DNA of 64,000 bases from Marsupella aquatica (lineage: Eukaryota > Plantae > Marchantiophyta), in NCBI GenBank assembly GCA_973895155.1, contig OZ316896.1:558001-622000 (forward strand), read 5' to 3'. Under the pieces are notes generated by a model. That model saw only the letters and a program-made list of their open reading frames with translations, searched no databases and was not told the DNA's origin. Shown here in pieces: positions 49,848 to 61,395 of this stretch. Numbering within the stretch: the stretch's first letter is position 1; every line of letters starts with the position of its first letter. Made by a program: the position numbers and the translations under genes.

Positions 49848-52800
49848 TCAAGACGTTTTGCCTGAAATTTTTAGTAAGGTCATGGCAAATGCTGATAACA
49901 ACAGCAGGGGCATGGCCAGGGGCTTGAGCAGATCTCTTTCCGAGGTGCTGTTAGACGTTGGTTGCAATTGCAGAGGTGGGTTAAGGATTTGAACAGATGG
50001 TAGGCCAAAAGGTAAAAATGCAGCCCATTGTCCCACTGCATAACGAGATTTGCCTGAGTACTTCTTCCCGGGTGCTGTAATCATGGTGATCATGGCACTC
50101 TGCAAAGCATCAGCTACAGACCTCCCGTCCGCAAGTAAATGGTAAAAATCCTTCATAAGTTCTCTGGTGGACGTGTCAGACACTGGCCACAGTGAGAGCA
50201 CTGTGCTTGGGACACCGGCCTGCAGCAGAGCACGTCCAAGACCTGCCACCCCTTCGCCTAAAATTACTCCACTTGCTGTCTGGCAAGCACTGAGCACCAC
50301 CAGTCGTGCCTGAAGCTGCATCTTCAAGATTTCATCTGCACTCAGCACAATTCTATCCGCCAACTCCTTCGAGGTTTCTTCGTACCACCTCACAACCTCA
50401 GTGAAATTTTCGATTGAACGTGTAACAGTTCCATTCTCCAGCAATTGCTCGTTAATATACGCTGGTTCCAAGCCAACCGCACCAGCTACCTTTTCATCAA
50501 CGTCTGAGAAAAGGATTCCCCCCTGTTCATACTTTTCAGTGATTATGCCATGCGTTGCAAAGTGAATAATGAGAGCATCTTTGAGATGTTTGCATATCTC
50601 GTCCTTGGTTGCTCGAGAACCTAGAAATGGGGTGGCAGTCTCGCTGGATTTCAAATTCTTTGACAGAATAGCGGCAACCTCGTTTGCTTCACCCTAGGCA
50701 TCGTTCAGATTTGTTGCATCCTTGTGGGCATTGATACCAACCACGAGCCACTTTATTGGCTTGTTGCTATTTGGTAAATCAAGACCTTTCCCTGGCTGTG
50801 TCAACCTTTTCCGCCCCCACCACAATGAGCATTGCAGCAAGCTTCTGAGACTCCGCATATGAAATTGGACACCTCTGTATCAGGTACCTCTTTTCTCCCT
50901 CGTTCTCTCCATCCATCAAAGCATGAAAAGGAACTCTGAAGAGAACCTGCTAAATTTGCACAAAACATAAGAGCAAAACATAATAATTCTGAGCTTAATC
51001 AAGGAGCTGACTGCATGACGTTGGAAAGCACTAATTCACTACCCTGTAGTCGTTTCAGTAACAGCCAATAACAAGTTCTCATTACTAACCATGTTCTCTG
51101 GACAGCTACAGAAACAGCACACGAAACATTCAATTCGTGACTGGACGTTTTTCAGAACCAGGCACTCTGAATGATAGTTAATTACCTCATGCGGAATGAC
51201 GATGATCTGTTTTGGTTTCTTGAGCCATTTCTCCACAGGTTTGATTAGAAGTTTGTAAAGGAAAGCCAGATTGTTCTCGGCTTCCTGACTTCTACGTGGG
51301 TTAGGAAGTAGCTCTGAGATTGTAGAGGTCACCAACGTAGTTAGTTTTTCCCTGTCAAGATTTCCTCCTTCAAAAGCGACCTCCTTAAACGACAAACGCA
51401 CCATTTTGGGCTTACCCTTGGGTAGGTCCAGCACGAATATCAACAGCCCAAAGTCCGCGCACAGTACATACTCCACCACAGTTGCGGCAGGAAGAGGGCA
51501 CTTAGACAGCAGCACTTGAAGGTTTTTCCAGCTCTCTCGGAAGGACAGGGAGTCAAACTTAGAGGATGCCGTTGCTGTAAGTGCAGCAGCTACTTCTGCG
51601 GACAAGTTGAAGTAGTCACGAACAGATGGGGAGAAGAGGTGCCACTTTTCCACCATCGAGACTCTTGAACGACCTCTTTCGCACCAGACAAGTGCCTCAA
51701 CAACTGATTCGTGCTCTCTCTGCCAGGTGACGCACCAGAGGAGAAGTTCATATGTCTCTTTCTGTTGCTCAAACACTGAAACCCACAATGGACTATAAAA
51801 ACTTAAGGCCACTTGGATTTCAGCATAGTGTTGGGCTGCGATTGAAAAATGTTTTTTGGCCTCCGCAATCTCTGTTTTGCCCCGCTGTTTCATGCGCTCC
51901 TTAGACAATCCCTTTTTGAGGAAGTAACTTCCCTGCAAGTGCTGTACGAAGGCAACTGCTACTCGCCCACTTTCGTCTGCAATCGCCAAAGCTGTTTGGA
52001 GGGAGTCCCACGCTCCTTCCCAACATTCCATCTCAAGATAAACCTCTGCAAATTTCAGTTGAAGAAGAAGAGCCGCCGGGCCCCTATGTAGTTTCCCACT
52101 GAAGTATGTTGTGGCCGTCTTGTACCGTTCGAGAGCCTGGTCCAGATCCTTCCGCTTGTGGTAGAGATTCCCTAAGTTACATTGAACTATTCTCTGACCC
52201 TCCTTGTACCCCAACTCATTGTATATTTCCAAGGCCCTACTGTAGTGCTTTCCAGCTTCTTCAAATTTCAGCTTTGATCTGCCAGCCATTTGCTCTTGCT
52301 TTATATGGCTATCTGGGTTGGAACCTTTTCTCTTCTCTAGTATGGTGAGCCTCATGTGAACGTTACCCAAACCAACCAGCGCTGCCGCTTGCATAAGCAA
52401 GCTCTTAGAGTTTTGCGCGCACCTATAAGCTTCTCTTGCTTCTCTACAAGCTCCTAATGCAAACCACGTATTTCCAGCATAACCAGCTTGCAGTTGACTC
52501 AAAAAGGGTTTAACCTCATCCTTCGTATAAGACATAACACTATTGTGCAAGATTGATTGAACAGTCATTGCCACACAAGGAATATATCTGCCATGCAACT
52601 CTTCATATTCCCTGTCAACACCTTCAACTAGAAGCAAATCCTCTTCAAATTCGGAAAGTTTGAATCCAAATTTATCCTGCCATTGTTTGAATTTCTGCAT
52701 CTCTCCTTTGAATCGTTGCAGCGCTATTTGAAAGAAGATCGTGTCAATATCTCGATCTGCTCTGAAGTGCGAAGGTTCAAGTTTTACGTTTTGTGCCTCT

Positions 52801-53625
52801 GCAATGCGATCCTCTGCCTCTTCCATGTTACCTCGAAAATACGAAATCCAAGCCAATCCTAGCAAACCGCTAAACAAGAGGCTCCTGTTGAAGGCGTGCA
52901 GAGGAGGGTTCCAAGAGCTCAGAGTTTTGATGCACAATGAAAAACTGGTTTTACTGTCGTCAAGCAAACAGCTTGTACTCTGGCCATGAACAGCTGGACT
53001 CTCAAGTAATGCTGCACGTAGCAGTGCGTGCCCTCGATGATTTTTGATGTACAATTCGAGTGGCTTGTTCCGATGACATTCCCAGAGTTCCGATAGTGCA
53101 CTATCAAAATTGCTTACAGCCTCGTAATACCTCTGACATGCCATGGCAGCGAATCCTTCAGACATCCGGTTCTGCACACTTCGCATTCCAGTTCTGTGCT
53201 GACTCAACTTATCCTACACAGATGGAAATTTAAACCCCACTTCATTCAATTAGCAACCTTGCGTTTGCGGAAACCTAGCTAGACTACGTCACACTTTGCA
53301 AGACCAAAGCTGCACTGAAAAAATAAAGAAGGAGCTCCTGGGCGCTTACCGCATCCACCTTCCAACTAGTCCCAAACTCATCCCGCACGGTGTATTTGCG
53401 ACTTTCCGAGTCGGGATCGTCGTAGGACGATGCTGAATGCTGGGAAACATCGTAAGGGGGTGGAGCATGGTAACGCGGGGGAACAATCGTCCAGCACGGC
53501 ATTGCAAGAGCATGCCCACCAGGCTGCCGCTGCAGGGCTGCGCTGGACATGAATCCCTGCATTTGCGAGTGGAGCGCATCAAAATTTTCGTTCGTCTGGC
53601 GCGCGACATCGTGCTTCATGTCCAT
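49848..53625 (-). pseudogene. TPR-repeat plus CHAT (clan CD caspase-like) protease gene with a frameshift and a premature stop (~1130 aa if repaired)
   Basis: Exons are 53625-53350, 53213-51186 and 50946-49848. TPR-like helices include LGNVH..Y.RALEIY.ELG..CNLGNLY..ALERY. CHAT motifs are EAL..ERGRSR, LY.LLIKPV, IIVIPH.VLF.VPFHAL, RYLI..ISYA, IHFATHG (His 50550-52), LVVLSACQT (Cys 50283-85), GEGVAGL.RALLQAG, SLWPVSD, ALQSAM and WAAF. There is a frameshift at ~50848 and an in-frame TAG at 50694-50696. Confidence 0.88.
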
Positions 53626-56057
53626 GCCGGCTAGCTACTGTAGCTAGCTAGCATCTGCCACAGCACTCCCAGGCACTGCACTGAAGGAAACGCATGCCAA
53701 CCAACAAGAGGAAATCTCAACTTTGAGCAAATTTGCGATGTCGTCACGGACATAGAGGAGGAAGGAACATAGGTTGGTCGAGCTCAGCACGTTTCGCTTG
53801 TAGATTATGCAGGCAATGAGCCAGGTGATTATGGAAATAGATAACTAAACTGACTTGTCAGAACACAAATAAATCAAAGGAACGACAGCGACGAAAGATT
53901 GGAACCCCGACCTAGTATATACGTTACAGTCTGGGAGTTGCAAATTGCAAAAGGCCACGCAAATTTATGCACTCAATCTAGGATCAGGTCGGGGGGATGG
54001 TCAGTCACTTAATTACGTTGGAGATCTCCCGGAAATGAAGTCGTGTGGTTTTTCTCGATGTGTGTCGTCCTCCAAATTAAAACTCCCTACCGTAAACCAC
54101 GAAATTGGGTCACGGAGTACGGTTGCACAACAGCGGATAGAATAGTGCTCCACTAGATCCAGGACAAGGGAAAGAAATATGCGGAATTATTTTGGGTTTA
54201 GCGTAAGGGTCTCACGCAAAGGTATCGCAGGGTTCACGCCATCGCTCTACTCTCAGCGAAAGGTCTCCCAGACTGCCCGTGAACCCGGATCAACCCCAGT
54301 GACTTTGCGTCTCTCCCGAGGATGCAGTACACTGTGGCATCCAAATTACTCAGATGGGGTGAATAATAGTCCTATCTCTTCTCTTTTAAAAAATTCGGCT
54401 ACTGTTCGTCATTAATCTCGACTTGAGTAGGTGGTTTCACAGATTAACAAAGAATGAACCCGGCGAGGACACATTGTCTACGAGAAATCTTTTGGGTGCT
54501 GACTCTTGAATGACGGAGGGAAGTATTGTTGACAATGTCTTGCATGTATGAGCAATTGGTGAAAACGTATTCGCTTCACCAACCTATTTCCATCTAAATT
54601 TCAATTGATGTAGTGCAATGAAAGTATTGTTGAAATCGATATTGTTTCCAAACGGTACACATTTGATTTGTTCCGGCTCTATCTTTTTGAGGCTCACTGA
54701 GATCGCATCCCACAATAACGATTCCTCCAACCTTCTATGTGCCAGGTCTCATGATCGACTTGGTCGGTTTGGGTTCGCTAGACTGCCTGGTGTATTTCTT
54801 GAATAGCAAAACAAGAAAAGACTGACAAGAAAGTATAATTTGTTCAGAAAAGAAAACAGGACGGAGAGACCACACGATGCGAAATCACGATGGAAAGACC
54901 ATCAGGAAACCAGGAACGATGAAAACATTATATATTTCAAAGCATTGAATCTTATATCCATGACAGGATCGACTGCGTACAGGAAGTGTAGTTGGTTGTC
55001 CACAAAACATCCGTTGGCTCCAATTGACTACGTAAACCATTTCAGGACGAAGAACTGCGAAACTTTCCCAAACCCTCGGGCCCCCGCTTGAGCAACCGAG
55101 ACTAACATAACTAACACTACAGCATCACATAAATCGTAATAAATTCCAGGAATAGCGTTAGCGCCTTTCAATGTTAATCTAAGCACTAGCGTCACTAGCG
55201 TTAAGAGTCTAAGGGCGGTCACAATTTAGAAGAATTGTGAGGTAGTGATGAGCAACTGAGCAGGATTGACGAACTGACAGAATGATACTACATGCCATAT
55301 CACTTGATGCAGTGCAACCCTACCGTTAAAAGGTGGGAAACACATTGTCTCAATGCCTCTCACAAAGCATCAAACAGATCAACGTTGGTCACGCAATCCC
55401 CAAACCCAACAAAGGTAGTTCAAATCAACGAAGGAGCCTTGGGACGGAGAAGTGAAGATGACCAGAACGCTTATGAATTTCGAACCAGAACCAGAAACAC
55501 ATCATCTTTTCAAGAGTGTAACGCAAAAAACTGCACCACAAAGAAGTACTCAACCAAGGGTTCAACTCCAATAAGACCACGACCTTCACAAATATCTGAC
55601 TCTCGATCGGAGAAAATGCAGAGGTAAATTTCGAGAAGCAGTGCTGAAAAAGTTAGCTGTCGAAGCGGTATTAATGGAACTTTGACATTGAACTTTTCCT
55701 TTTCCTTTTCTTTCAGTGTGAACCATCTCAATCTCTTGACATGGGCTTCTATAGACTGACATTGTAGGATTACTAATTACCGTAATGTTGAAAGCTTCAC
55801 CATCCTATAATTCATCAAAAGGAGCTCCTAGTCTTGGTTTCTTTCCAGAAGAAGATAACTTTCTCTAATCGCTAGGGTACTGAGTATGTCTCAAATACCT
55901 GCCCGAAAAACAACCTAGTTAAATTCGTATAATATCTCCATAGATGAATACTGAAACGTACACAGCGCATTGTTAATGAACTGCATACCACAAGGCTTAT
56001 CTTAGTGAGTGCCCAGATCACTGCTAAACCTAGACTTGCCTGTGATAATGCCATATG

Positions 56058-58200
56058 TCAGCCGTTTCTCTGATGTCTACGCCATTTGAGCTCGTTGAAT
56101 GCGTGGAATGTTATTCGCGAGTGCTTTATCTCGTGCAACTTCTGTCGACTACTGGCAGGTATCCTCTTTGTTAACAGAACCTGAAGGTCTTCAATAACTT
56201 CGGGAACATTGCCGTAGTAGGAGTGGCTCAAGGCACTAATATCCATGCCAGATGCGTCGACCACATCATGACTCGCGACATTAGGATCTGCCTCAAGGAA
56301 ACTACGAGTATCACCCAGACGACGTTTGAAGTTGTGAACATATTTTGAGGCAGCGAGGGCCCAGTCATCAGTTGAGCAATACACAGTTAGATGAGGTGGT
56401 GAGTACTCCAGAGAAGACATCGCATTAGAATTCGTTGTAGCACTTTCATTGGAATTGGGGGCGTCCGATTCTGAGGAGAACATCGATCCTTCGCTCATTT
56501 TCTTTACCAACTTCTCAAAGGTGCTGTGCCTTTCATCGGCTGCAGCAAAGATTATCTGGGATAGACGGCAGCGAGGACGAGGGAACTTCTGTCCTTCATG
56601 CAGCATGTCTAGAGCTTTGATGAGAGCACGATTGCCCATGCTGTGAGCCAGAATATGGACTCTTGGCGCGTCCACCTGCACCAGACAGAGGGGTCCACGC
56701 TCAACATATACAGCACATCTCGTGATGATTTAAGCCTCATAGTTATTCAAGCATTCAATGAAAATTCTCAAACCCGGAAGAGAAAAATGAACGACACCTA
56801 GGATGACAAAGAGTGTGCAAGTGGGACATCCGAACAGCATAGACGACGAGTATATTCACCTGGTGCATAATAGACAGCAGAAAGCTTTGGAGGTAACTAG
56901 CTGTTTTCTCGACAGTTGTCTCATCATGGCTGTATCCATACAGTCTTCCCTGCGATGACCAACTGTAAGCTATCACAGCTCCCTGGAAACGTAGGTCATA
57001 CTTCAACTGTGCCGCTCGCTTAAGGGCCCCATTGTGACTGACATTGTAGCCATGAATAAATATTAGCAAGTCGCCCCGCGACTCGCCCTGCAGCAAGTCG
57101 CGGTTCACGCTACTCAAAAACTCTGTTCTGTTCCCTCTCATCTTTGTATCCACGGACAAAATCACCACGTGCTTTAAAGGACTAGATTCTTCACGCGAAT
57201 GTGGAGCCTCCATGGCACCAACCGTGTGGGTGTGTGGGATGCCAATTTCTGCAACTCCAAAATGTAATGGAGACACTCCAGGAAGCTCAGCAGTATCAGC
57301 AATTGAGTGGTCACTGTTTGATTCATCATGTTCTGAAATTGTCCTTCTAGAGATCTCACCTGTGTAATCGCCATCCTCTGTAACCTGCCTATCAGTTGCA
57401 TAGAAAACTTTTACGACATCATATGTCTTAATCACGGGCTTAATCAATACTAGTTCTTGGATACGACGATGTGACCTATGAATCTTAGCGTCAACCGAGA
57501 AGTCCTCCTGCTGCAACCCCGTCTGCAACTCGGCTAAAAGTAGATGAATGGCATGAAGGCAGCTCCTCGTCAGATCTTCCTGTAGCTCTTTGTCATTGTT
57601 TTCTGCATCGAAAAACCTGCGTTCCTCCTCGACTTTTTCTCCGAGTAACGCATCCCATGTTTGTCCAGCTTTCGGGAGATAACCCTCTAGAATGGACGCC
57701 CCACCGGGTACTTTTTGTAAGCATGTCACAAGTTCTGCGTCGATCTCCTTAGTGACTTTCTTGAATTCATCGTGCAACTGTACATTTCCTTCAAGTCTGG
57801 CCAATTTCTGCACATAACAACGGCACGGCAGTCCGGTCTCTCTCACTACTACCAAATAAATTGGAACGGTAAGCGACGCAATCCACTCAGATTGACGAAT
57901 TTCGCACCTAAACATGACAAGAATCGTTAATATTCTGAAGATACATACCTCGCTTATACACTTTAGAGTCTCCACGAGCTTGCCGCAGAAATCTTCCCAG
58001 TCTTCAGGCTCCACGGCATCTATTAGCTTCCCAAGATTCTCCTGCAACGCGAGAATGAGAAAGAAACGAGGCAAGAGAAGGTTGCAGTCACTTTGTCTTC
58101 GAGGTTTTGCTCGCCAAGCCGCTGTGACCGCTGCCCCGATGACAGCCCCAATGGCAGTCCCGATAAGAGTCGAAGCCGTGGGCAAGGATGGTGGTGCCAT
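56058..58200 (-). CDS. DUF900-family alpha/beta hydrolase with an N-terminal hydrophobic and helical extension (~580-650 aa depending on splicing)
   Basis: Motifs: VFYATDR, G.AEIGIP..H..G, LLIFIHGYN, RAAQL, YSWSSQG..Y..D, HILAHSMGNR (Ser 56640-42), IIFAAAD, LTVY.S.DD.AL.AS, RLG, VVDAS and HSYY. The intron 56859-56676 is obligatory. Introns 57948-57808 (probable) and 58128-58042 (tentative) are in frame. Confidence 0.88.
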
Positions 58201-58987
58201 ATCATTACTCGGATCTGAACACGGTTGGCAATATTTTGGCAAACTACTCACTGTAGATGACGAGGAGTCAGACGATCCTGAAGAAAACCGATTAGGTGCT
58301 TACAGCTAATAGAATACTTCAATCTCAATTAAATCTACTCTCATGCATCCATCCAGGCTGCGTGTGTGATCGATCAAGTAAAAATTGACAATTGGTGTTG
58401 TTCTCTTGGCGCGCTAGCTTGAGCCGGTATGCAGGCTCAAGCATCAAACTCTGACAAAGGGTTGACCTATCAACCTGAGTCGGCCATTTGGGCGATCGTT
58501 GCGTCAGCTTGAAATCATGCTCGTGATGTCTACGGGGCACCCACCTCGTTGCCTGGGGCACACAAATTATTATTTTTAATAGAATACAATGAAATCTCGA
58601 TGTCTACGACATCACCGTTACTGTCTATTACATTGCTGGCTCTTCATAATACTAACTACAGTAGAGGTCGTCAGTCAGCACTCAGGATTGCCCCTAGGTA
58701 CGTACAGTGGGAGTATGACTTGGAGCTCAGTGCAGGGAAGAGACTAAGAGAGACAACTAGCTGCGCGGTACTGTGCAGGACTATTGGTGCACAACGAGCT
58801 CCGTCACTGATTTAAAGAAACTATCGAAGTTTATCATGGAATGGAGCGATATCCTACACAATATATGTCATATATTTTGATGTGCAATTACCGGACCCCA
58901 AGAAATCCAGAGTCAGCTTGTGGCCTGGTGGCCTGGTGCTGTGCAGCTGGGGCCGGACACATGCATACAATTATTAAACTCCCAGGT

Positions 58988-59070
58988 ACTCGAGTATGGG
59001 CAGTGGCATGCACCAGTGTGGGCTGTGGGGCCAACTCGAGTGTGGGAAGTGGCATGCACCAGTGGGGCCA
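58988..59070. repeat. 46-bp-period tandem duplication
   Basis: ACTCGAGT.TGGG.AGTGGCATGCACCAGTG occurs twice. A further 24-bp duplication lies at ~59236-59283. Confidence 0.85.
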
Positions 59071-59368
59071 ATATTAATGAAGGCACCCTACCGGCCTACC
59101 ATGCACGAGTCCGATGCGTGCTGGGCAGGTGCACGTCGGACTTGATATTGGGTCGGGCGGTGAATGTCCGTCGAGGGAGCGCCAACGATCCAAGTAATCA
59201 GGTGTGTTGCAGAAGTGCAGCCCTTGCAAAGAGTCGTGTGTCGAGTTCTGTCATGAAATGTGTGTCGAGTTCTGTCATGAAATGGCGACATGGATGACAT
59301 AATTATACGTACAAGAAATGTGAGGACTCTCAAGTCGACATGTACACAGTCAACACCCGAGTTCTCTC

Positions 59369-60638
59369 TTTTGCCTCGAAAAAAACCAATTGAAATTCAT
59401 TCAAAAAGCCAACATACAATGGGGGTGGCCCACAAAGGGGGTCGGCACCCAGGTGGACCCGGAGGTCATTAAGCCACAAAAGGCCGGGGGGGCGGGGCCG
59501 GCACCAGGGAAGAAGCAATCCCAGAACGGGAGCTAAACAAGAAATTTAACAACTACAGAAGGAGCGGCAAAACCCCCAAAGACCGGCCAGTGAACAGGGA
59601 ACCGGCAAGGTACCCATCAGTGGATCCGTGATAGAGTCGCAAAAAACTATCGGCCTAACCTGCAGCAAAGCTCCCCAACCTGAACACATATGTGATTCAT
59701 GGCGGACGTGGGGGAACTGGCGGCACTTGGAGTATCTCCTCATGGATATCCCACAGCCCAGCCCAGGTCCCATAGTTGACATACATGTCATTGAACGCAT
59801 TTGCAAAAGAGGACTTGCCAGACTGAATTCTGGACTTGTGATTAGACCAATCCCGTCGGAGGTACACACTGAGGCGATGCCAAGACAACTGAATTACTGT
59901 CCTAGCCTTCGATCTAGTAAGTTTGATGCAATGGGAGTTGCGGTCCTTCCAAATGTACCAGCAAGTAATGGCCCGAAGGGTATGACATAATTTCCCTGGT
60001 ACATCCAAAAAATCAGGCAGAGGGGCCCCAACAAAAATGTGAGCCGGTTGGAGTTGAATGTTGCTGTTGCTGGTGGGTCATTCAGTCAGAACATTCAAGG
60101 TCATGAATGGGGTCCTGCATAAGATTGCTACATCAGCCCCCCCATCAGACACAACCTTACATCGTGTGGTGACCAGATCCCACATGACCACTGGCCCCCA
60201 TCACTTGCGCATTGGGCGACCAACCAATCTATTGGCTATGCTACTCCAATATGAATGGAAGGACGGAACTCCATTCCTGGAGACTAACACTGCTCATCTC
60301 AGGGAGATCCAGGGCCCACTTAGGACAACAACTCACAAGGCGGTAAGGAAGTGGGCAATTCAACTGAATTGGACCCCCAACCTGAAGATGTTGTGGGCTA
60401 ATACTTGGATTCCTTACAGGCTGCGAATGAGAATTGTTTCTTATGGCAATTAATCTACAGGATACCAGCTACGCATCACTGGCGCCTACTGACTCTTCCA
60501 CCGACGGATCCCGACACATGGTGCACTAGGTGTACTCTTAATCAGCACGAAGACCTGGTTCACTGCATTTGGAGTTGCCCTGTCTCTGAATCGGTCTGGT
60601 CATGGGTCCAATACGTTCTACAGAAGGCGGCAAACACC
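59369..60638 (-). mobile_element. 5'-truncated L1-clade LINE with an inverted 5' segment (zf-RVT / ORF2 C-terminus)
   Basis: The + strand at ~60080-60638 encodes W..TW..FLWQLIYR..T..WC..C..ED..HC.W.CP....W (zf-RVT, with a 1-nt frameshift at ~60420). The minus strand at ~60072-59697 encodes the continuation (W.IWK.RN) and then the 3' UTR. A TSD matches at 15/17 nt (59352-59368 and 60633-60649). Confidence 0.85.
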
Positions 60639-60817
60639 GGAGGTCTCTCGAATTGTGTGTTCGGCTTCGGTCCATCTTTAAATCAATGACTTCCAATTTC
60701 CATCCTATTTTCTAATATAAATTGGGGTAGCTTTTGAATGGGGAAAGTAGGAACGAAATGCGTATTTTGGTCTATAGTTGTTTCGGATTTGCGTGCCCAA
60801 AATTCAATTCACAGGAA

Positions 60818-61395
60818 AATCATCACTCACGGGAAAAAGGAACTTATGGATTGTACTCAAAGATCAGGCCGATAATGAAACGGGTGATCTAATCATCACT
60901 CGCGGGAAAAGGAACTTATGGATTGTACTCGAAGATCCGGCCGATAATGAAACGGGTGATCAGATTTCATTTGGCACATGCAAACATAGGTTTTGAAGGT
61001 TGTTCTGATTTCTATCAGAGCTGCCTCGAAAAGTGACTCGAAATTGGAAAATCGTAGGTTGTGCTAAGTGACGGCAATGTTGGTGAGTTCGATGCACTAC
61101 GGAAGTACAGATCCATGTTTCGCTGGAATCAAGATATGTGGCCGCAATGTCAGATCGTGGTTGCCTCCAGACTCTGACAGAAACCACACCTGAAAATAAG
61201 TTCCCAAACTCAGCGATTTTCTACTGATGACGGGCTCCACAACTCCACAACCCTCAAATGTAACTAGTACTTATCAGTTTCTACAGATGAAGAGCTCCAC
61301 TGTTCCACAACCCTCAAATGTAACTAGTACTTATCAGTTTCTACCGAGGAAGAGCTCCACTGCTCCACCAGCCGACAACCCTGAAATGTAACTTG
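60818..61395. repeat. Local tandem repeats: ~73 bp x2 (60818-60961) and ~60 bp x3 (61217-61395)
   Basis: AATCATCACTC.CGGGAAAA..GATAATGAAACGGGTGATC occurs twice. TTTCTAC.GA.GA..GCTCCAC..ACAACCCT.AAATGTAACT occurs three times. Confidence 0.9.

Noticed and set aside
50694-50887. Cryptic intron (GAG|GTACCT ... CCTAG|) rescuing the CHAT lesions
   Set aside because: The phases do not match, and it would delete conserved CHAT motifs (YLI, ISYA, LVVG).
49848-58200. Bacterial contamination as the source of CHAT and DUF900
   Set aside because: Both genes have phase-consistent spliceosomal introns and are embedded among plant TEs and genes.
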